Source of the DNA: a virus
Lineage: Duplodnaviria; Caudoviricetes
DNA length: 55,935 bases
Direction: 5' to 3' (one strand)
IMG/VR virus record: IMGVR_UViG_3300034658_000009
Location: 1 to 55,935 of that record
Below the pieces are notes generated by a model. It was not told the origin of the DNA. It ran no database searches and saw nothing but the letters and a program-made list of their open reading frames with translations. The translations under genes were made by a program, and so were the position numbers. Positions 51,209 to 55,935 of the stretch are shown piece after piece; the stretch's first letter is position 1; each line of letters starts with the position of its first letter.

Positions 51209-51921
51209 TGGGGATGAGTGATAGAGAGGCGTTTGAGCAATGGCTTCTTGATGAGCAGGGGCTAGTAGGATCTTGGGATTATGAGCGGGGATGCTATTCA
51301 GAGTTTCCGGCACATCTCGCTTACAAGGCATGGCAAGCAGCCCGCGAGCAGGAGGGCGGGGAGGTGGTGGCGTACGTCGATCCCCGGGCGCTTGACAACT
51401 TTGCCAGTGGGTCGGCAACTAAAGAATGGCTTTGGGCGGCACCTGATGCAGGGCTGATCCCAGTCTACACCCACCCGCCCCAGTCTCAGGGAGTGCCGGA
51501 GGGGTTTTGTTTGGATGGCGGACACCGAACGCTGAAGGCCAATACCGGCAAGGACTGTAGTTGCCCGAAGTATATTCGCCACCCTCACTGTGACCGCTAT
51601 GAGACAAGAGGCTGCCTGCCGACTGAGAATCCATGGTTCTCCACCCCCGCCGCGCCCCAGGCTGACAATTGGATTAAGTGTTCGGATCGGTTGCCGAGGG
51701 AGGCGGACGGCGATTTCACAGGTAACGTTATTTGGTGGGGGAATATCTATAACGACTTGAGGCCATCAGGCTGGTGCGCGGCAGTGAATCACTGGAATCC
51801 CCACGCTTGGGAGTGTGCGTATTTTGAAAATCTGCCCGACGAGCTTTATCCGCACACTACTCACTGGAAACCCACAGGCTTAAAGCGCCCGCAGCCGCCT
51901 GAGCAGGGGGACGGTGTATGA
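51208..51921 (+). CDS. Ead/DUF551-like mosaic protein
   Basis: REAFEQW...AWQAA; WIKCSDRLP...THWKP. Confidence 0.7.
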   Translation: MGMSDREAFEQWLLDEQGLVGSWDYERGCYSEFPAHLAYKAWQAAREQEGGEVVAYVDPRALDNFASGSATKEWLWAAPDAGLIPVYTHPPQSQGVPEGFCLDGGHRTLKANTGKDCSCPKYIRHPHCDRYETRGCLPTENPWFSTPAAPQADNWIKCSDRLPREADGDFTGNVIWWGNIYNDLRPSGWCAAVNHWNPHAWECAYFENLPDELYPHTTHWKPTGLKRPQPPEQGDGV

Positions 51922-52295
51922 GTGACGAAACTAGAAACAAACTGATAAGCGCCCTGCGGCAGTTTAGGCATAACAACGACAATACTGGGTCGATTGCGAG
52001 GCCCGAGCAAGGCTTTGTTTTTGCCTACGATCGCGATGAGACAGAAGGCCTCGTCGCAAGCCTTGAGAAAAAACTAGAGCAAGCCGAGGCGCGGTGTGCG
52101 GAGTTGGAAGAGGCCCTAAAGCCGTTTGCCGAAGAGGCGGAATATGTACCTGACTACGCCACAGACATGCACCTGAACTACGAAATGGATGGTGCTGAAA
52201 TTCTGGAATACGCCAACTTTGACGCCCGCGATATACACAAGGCTGCCAGCGTGATGCGCCAACAAGCCGACGAAATCGAAAGGGGCAGCCCATGA
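51918..52295 (+). CDS. Hypothetical protein
   Basis: Coupled ORF; ELEEALKPFA. Confidence 0.6.
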   Translation: MSDETRNKLISALRQFRHNNDNTGSIARPEQGFVFAYDRDETEGLVASLEKKLEQAEARCAELEEALKPFAEEAEYVPDYATDMHLNYEMDGAEILEYANFDARDIHKAASVMRQQADEIERGSP

Positions 52296-52534
52296 AACAG
52301 TCCCGCCTTGGCTCGTTCTACGAGGCCCTGATAAACGTTCTGATTCGATTCCCCATAGGGCTCGTCTCTCAGTTCGCGGTGTTTCCGTTGGTCGGCATTG
52401 AGGCGACTCTGACAACCAATTTCCAGGTGGCGGGATACTTCACCGTCATCAGCATTATAAGCAGCTACGTGATCCGGCGCTGGTTTAATGACCGGCTTCA
52501 CAGGGCTGCGCATCGAATGGCGGGAGGTGAATAA
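52292..52534 (+). CDS. Small 2-TM conserved phage protein
   Basis: MKQSRLGSFYEALIN...SYVIRRWFN. Confidence 0.75.
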   Translation: MKQSRLGSFYEALINVLIRFPIGLVSQFAVFPLVGIEATLTTNFQVAGYFTVISIISSYVIRRWFNDRLHRAAHRMAGGE

Positions 52535-52875
52535 TGGATAAAGCGCCCGATACAATTTACCTGATCCCCGGCGAATATGATGGCGAGCGCGGCCTTGTCT
52601 GGTGTGACGATCCCGCGCCATCTAATGACCATGATCCGGCTGAGGCTGTGGAGTATGTGCGCAAAGAATACCACGTTCCGACTGGCCGCGTTGTGCTGCG
52701 AACCAATGACCACCCATCAGGGCGAACCTATGACAGCGCCGAATTCTTCGCCTATGACCAGTGGTGGAAAACGGACATTTTGAGCGATCGGGATTTGATG
52801 ATGGTCAGGCGCATGGCGGACAACCACGGACTGATGTTTGTAGATGAGCGGAGGGAGCCTCATGAGGAAGCCTGA
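52534..52875 (+). CDS. Hypothetical protein
   Basis: APDTIYL...VWCDD...VEYVR. Confidence 0.65.
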   Translation: MDKAPDTIYLIPGEYDGERGLVWCDDPAPSNDHDPAEAVEYVRKEYHVPTGRVVLRTNDHPSGRTYDSAEFFAYDQWWKTDILSDRDLMMVRRMADNHGLMFVDERREPHEEA

Positions 52876-53116
52876 CAACTTGGTAGCACTGCACTACGAA
52901 ATGACGGGCAGCTATGCGGTGGACGCTTCACCGCTGGAGCAGCAGCCACTAGACAAATGGGCAATGCGCCAGATTTTAGAGGCCCGCCAGATCATCGCCG
53001 ACCTGGTGGAGTTTTGCGAGCAGCCGGAGATTGTCGCGGCAACCGACGGGGCTTTTGATCCGGATGCGATTATCCAGAGTGGCAAGCGGTTTTTGAGTGG
53101 GGGTGAGCATGGCTAA
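52862..53116 (+). CDS. Hypothetical protein
   Basis: ORF with GGAG RBS. Confidence 0.55.
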   Translation: MRKPDNLVALHYEMTGSYAVDASPLEQQPLDKWAMRQILEARQIIADLVEFCEQPEIVAATDGAFDPDAIIQSGKRFLSGGEHG

Positions 53117-53399
53117 GTATCAACATGGCGAAGTGATCGTTCTCTATTTCGAAGATTACAACCACCCAGAATTTATAAAGGGTGAAGTTTCCCTGAAGGA
53201 AGCGCAGGAAATTGTCGACAACTACTGGGGAGAAGAGAGGCGCGTGACCGCGATCACCCACAAGTATGCCTTCTGGGGAGTTGGTCACGACGAAATGGGA
53301 GAGCCGTGCTCAATGCTTTACGACAGGAATGAGCCCGGGCGTGGGCGCTTCAAGGTTACGGAGTGCGAATGCGTATGGGTTGAGCGGAGGAAAGCATGA
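53109..53399 (+). CDS. Hypothetical protein
   Basis: PGRGRFKVT; overlaps neighbours. Confidence 0.6.
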   Translation: MAKYQHGEVIVLYFEDYNHPEFIKGEVSLKEAQEIVDNYWGEERRVTAITHKYAFWGVGHDEMGEPCSMLYDRNEPGRGRFKVTECECVWVERRKA

Positions 53400-53554
53400 A
53401 CTACCAACCCAAAGGCTCCATGTGCGCAGCCTGCAAACACCGAAACGGCCCATGCAGTCACCTGCCGTTCGATCAAATGCCCGTGTGCGAGAGGCTGCCG
53501 GACGGGACGAGTGTTGTGATCTGTTCAGTCTTCGAAAGGAGAAATTTAAAATGA
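53396..53554 (+). CDS. 52-aa Cys-rich phage protein (not in the ORF track)
   Basis: MNYQPKGSMCAAC...CSHLPF..MPV...C; ATGA overlaps at both ends. Confidence 0.65.
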   Translation: MNYQPKGSMCAACKHRNGPCSHLPFDQMPVCERLPDGTSVVICSVFERRNLK

Positions 53555-54210
53555 CCCTTGATGTATTTTCCGGCCGAGATGAACCCACAAAAGCCAAAAA
53601 ATTACTTTTTGGCGTTGGTGTGAACGACGCAGGTTACACCGTTCGAAAGCGCGGCAAAGGTGCTGATAGAAACAAAATAGTGTGGTCATGTCCTTTTTAC
53701 GACAGGTGGTTTGGGATGATGAGTCGATGCTATGCCCAATCCATGAAAGCCAGGAATCCTGCTTACGCGGAGTGTAGCGTCTGCCCTGAATGGCGCAGGT
53801 TTTCTGTTTTTCGTAAATTGATGCAAAGCCAAGACTGGCATGGTAAGCAGCTAGATAAAGATATCATTATTGCTGGAAATAAAATTTATTCCCCGGAAAC
53901 TTGCTGCTTTGTAAGCCGAGCCCTAAATGCGTTTTTGGTCGATAGCGCGTCATCAAGAAGCGGGTTCCCTCTCGGCGCTGTCTGGTTTAAGCAGACACGG
54001 CGATTTGTTGCTAAATGCAAAAATCCATTTACAGGGAAAGCGGATCATCTTGGATATTTTGACAACTCCGAAGATGCCCACGAAGCATGGCGTCAGCGCA
54101 AGTATGAGCTAGCCTGCCGCTATGCTGACGAGCAGGCTGACGAAAGGGTCGCCAAAGCCTTGCGGGAAAGGTTTGCTCCAAACAAGCCATTACACGAGGT
54201 GGCGGCATGA
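53551..54210 (+). CDS. HNH-like homing endonuclease-family protein (paralog B)
   Basis: GVGVND...CPFY...MMSRCY...VCPEW...LDKDII...YSPETC; AAGGAG RBS before ATG 53551. Confidence 0.75.
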   Translation: MTLDVFSGRDEPTKAKKLLFGVGVNDAGYTVRKRGKGADRNKIVWSCPFYDRWFGMMSRCYAQSMKARNPAYAECSVCPEWRRFSVFRKLMQSQDWHGKQLDKDIIIAGNKIYSPETCCFVSRALNAFLVDSASSRSGFPLGAVWFKQTRRFVAKCKNPFTGKADHLGYFDNSEDAHEAWRQRKYELACRYADEQADERVAKALRERFAPNKPLHEVAA

Positions 54211-54428
54211 TGTTCCTGACGCAAGACGAAGTGGCCGTTCTCACCGGCAAGACGCGCAAGACCAGCCAGAAGCAGGTGCTGGAGGCTGCCGGCATCCGCT
54301 ACATTGAGAACGGTATTGGCGAAATTGTCGTGTCCCGGGCGCACGTAGAGCATCGCCTTGGTGGCGGCGATCAGACTACTATTGAGGGATCTGGCCCAAA
54401 CTTTGAAGCGCTGAGGAAAGTGTCGTGA
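54207..54428 (+). CDS. Excisionase-like protein (DUF4224-like)
   Basis: FLTQDEVAVLTG...Q...L...GI...PNFEAL; directly upstream of int. Confidence 0.75.
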   Translation: MMFLTQDEVAVLTGKTRKTSQKQVLEAAGIRYIENGIGEIVVSRAHVEHRLGGGDQTTIEGSGPNFEALRKVS

Positions 54429-55453
54429 GTCCCAAGCCGAAAACGCTCAACCGGGATATGCCAACGTACGTGCATTGGAAGAACGGAGCCTGGCGCTTCA
54501 AGACGCCAAAGCATTTGCTGGCCTATGTCCCGGGACGCAAAACATGGATTAAGTTGGGCGCTGAAAAGCAGGAAGCCCTGAAGCGCTACGCCGAGATCAT
54601 GGGCAACCTATCCCAAGAATCCGGCATGAGCAAGCTGTTCAACCGGTATGAAGCCGATGTTATCCCCACAAAAGCGCCCCGAACCAGGCAGGACAACCTG
54701 AAGGAGATGAAGCAATTGCGGGGTGTTTTTGGGGGCATGCACCCTTCCGAGATAACGACCATGCACTGCCAGCAATACCTTGACCTGCGGGGCAAGTCGT
54801 CAAAGACCCAGGCTAACCATGAAATCGCCCTGCTCTCTCACATATTCCGAAAGGCTATGCAGTGGGGCATTGTCGATCGTAACCCGGTTAAGGGTGTCGA
54901 GAAGCACAAGATCAAGGCTCGCGATCGGTATGTCGAGGATTGGGAGCTTGAGGAATTCCTGAAGGCCGCAACGCCGTTCATAAAAGCATGGGTGGACGTA
55001 AAGCTAATGACCGGCCTGCGCCAAGGGGATCTGCTCGCCCTGCCCCTGAACGCTCTCAGGGAGGACGGCATTGCCATTACCAGCCGAAAGACTGGCCGCA
55101 AGGGATTTATCGCCTGGACGCCGGCGCTGAAGAAAGCGATCAATGCATTGAAAGCCTGCAACCGAGTTCAGGGTATGACAGTGGTGTGCGATCGACACGG
55201 CAAGCCGTTGAGCGATAGCGCCTTTCAGAATCGGTGGCGGGCAGTGATGACAGACGCACTGGAGAAAACCGAACTGACGGAGCGATTCACCGAGCACGAT
55301 TTGAGAGCGAAGCACGCGACTGACGTTGACCAGGCTGGAGGCGATGCGACCGCGAACCTCTTGCACGATGACAAGCGCACCACCGAGGCTTACTTGAGGT
55401 CGAAGAAGCCGGTTAACATCGTAGCCTGGGAGCGCAAAAAATCAGGAGAATAA
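54425..55453 (+). CDS. int: Tyrosine integrase
   Basis: TGLRQGDL, HDLRAK, LLH, TEAY catalytic residues; adjacent to att. Confidence 0.95.
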   Translation: MSPKPKTLNRDMPTYVHWKNGAWRFKTPKHLLAYVPGRKTWIKLGAEKQEALKRYAEIMGNLSQESGMSKLFNRYEADVIPTKAPRTRQDNLKEMKQLRGVFGGMHPSEITTMHCQQYLDLRGKSSKTQANHEIALLSHIFRKAMQWGIVDRNPVKGVEKHKIKARDRYVEDWELEEFLKAATPFIKAWVDVKLMTGLRQGDLLALPLNALREDGIAITSRKTGRKGFIAWTPALKKAINALKACNRVQGMTVVCDRHGKPLSDSAFQNRWRAVMTDALEKTELTERFTEHDLRAKHATDVDQAGGDATANLLHDDKRTTEAYLRSKKPVNIVAWERKKSGE

Positions 55454-55483
55454 TATACATTTGTATATTATCGGGAATATACA
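55449..55483. promoter_or_regulatory. Probable integrase arm-type sites
   Basis: AATAATATACA at 55449, TGTATATTAT at 55462, AATATACA at 55476. Confidence 0.6.
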
Positions 55484-55524
55484 GGCCATTTCAGTAAATC
55501 ACGAAGGCTCGTAAGTTATTGAAA

Positions 55525-55583
55525 TGGCGGTGGGCCAGGGATTCGAACCCCGGGAAGGCTACTAACCTTCGGCGGTTTTCAAG
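55525..55583. repeat. att core, right copy
   Basis: Identical to 957-1015; overlaps the tRNA 3' half. Confidence 0.96.
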
Positions 55584-55615
55584 ACCGCTGCATTCAGCCA
55601 CTCTGCCAGCCCACC
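55525..55615 (-). tRNA. tRNA-Ser(TGA)
   Basis: GGTGGGC...CTTGAAA anticodon loop, long variable arm, GTTCGAATC, ends in GCCA; 91 nt. Confidence 0.96.
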
Positions 55616-55651
55616 GTTTTCTCCACAGCCGTCATTGCGACAGCGGGGAGC

Positions 55652-55679
55652 ATGATACCGGAATTCCTTTTCCTGTCAA
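55652..55679 (-). promoter_or_regulatory. tRNA promoter
   Basis: TTGACA-N16-TATCAT followed by a GC-rich discriminator. Confidence 0.75.
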
Positions 55680-55834
55680 CGCCCTGGCCACATCGTCTGC
55701 CTCTCGACCTTACATTAACTCTATTTAATGGAATCCATGGGGCCGTTTTCTGTCGTAAATGATTGAAAGTTGTGTATCTGGCATTATGATGAGTGTTAGA
55801 TTCAAACGGTTGTGACACACAGACGGAGAAGACA

Positions 55835-55935
55835 ATGGAAGACAGACGATTTGGCGTCCAGCAAAACCAGGGAGCCTATTCGACCACAGAAACAGGTCGG
55901 GCGACGGGTATCAGCGCAGATGCCATGAACGTGCT
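55835..55935 (+). CDS. yccA: Bax inhibitor-1/YccA family protein, 5' part (host)
   Basis: GGAG RBS; ...AMNVL resembles the YccA KVLRNTY region; yccA lies beside tRNA-Ser(TGA) in gammaproteobacteria; only 33 codons are visible. Confidence 0.5.
   Translation, partial: MEDRRFGVQQNQGAYSTTETGRATGISADAMNV

Larger units (their letters stand above)
957..55583. mobile_element. Complete lambdoid short-tailed prophage integrated at tRNA-Ser(TGA)
   Basis: Flanking 59-bp direct repeats, plus integrase, repressor, replication, lysis, terminase, portal, capsid and tail modules. Confidence 0.96.

Noticed and set aside
53266-53550. N-terminal extension of the HNH-like ORF in the track
   Set aside because: Overlaps two better genes; the RBS supports ATG 53551

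Overview
The window holds an apparently complete ~54.6 kb temperate, short-tailed (podovirus-like, lambdoid) prophage. It is integrated at the 3' end of a tRNA-Ser(TGA) gene of a gammaproteobacterium (Marinobacter-like, inferred), between host pxpA on the left and tRNA-Ser/yccA on the right, with a 59-bp att direct repeat at 957-1015 and 55525-55583. Minus strand: Cro, HNH genes, a C4-like RNA, replication, the nin region, Q, lysis, an accessory fibre module, terminase, portal, capsid, tail and ejection proteins, ending in a 2676-aa polyvalent protein. Plus strand: CI-like repressor, the PL early operon (RecT/YqaJ), Xis and Int. Most notable: (1) an M23 endolysin that resembles the vertebrate cytokine LECT2; (2) a repressor without an autocleavage domain, followed by a perfect LexA box and a 60-aa candidate antirepressor; (3) the giant injected protein (ParB, zincin-like, InPase, GNAT, JAB/RadC, LPD38-like) carrying three beta-clamp-like motifs; (4) a six-gene fibre/lectin module with a strictly periodic His-repeat protein; (5) a translationally coupled cytosine MTase and deaminase pair; (6) a vestigial second att site. 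All family calls come from motif recognition by eye. No database searches were run.
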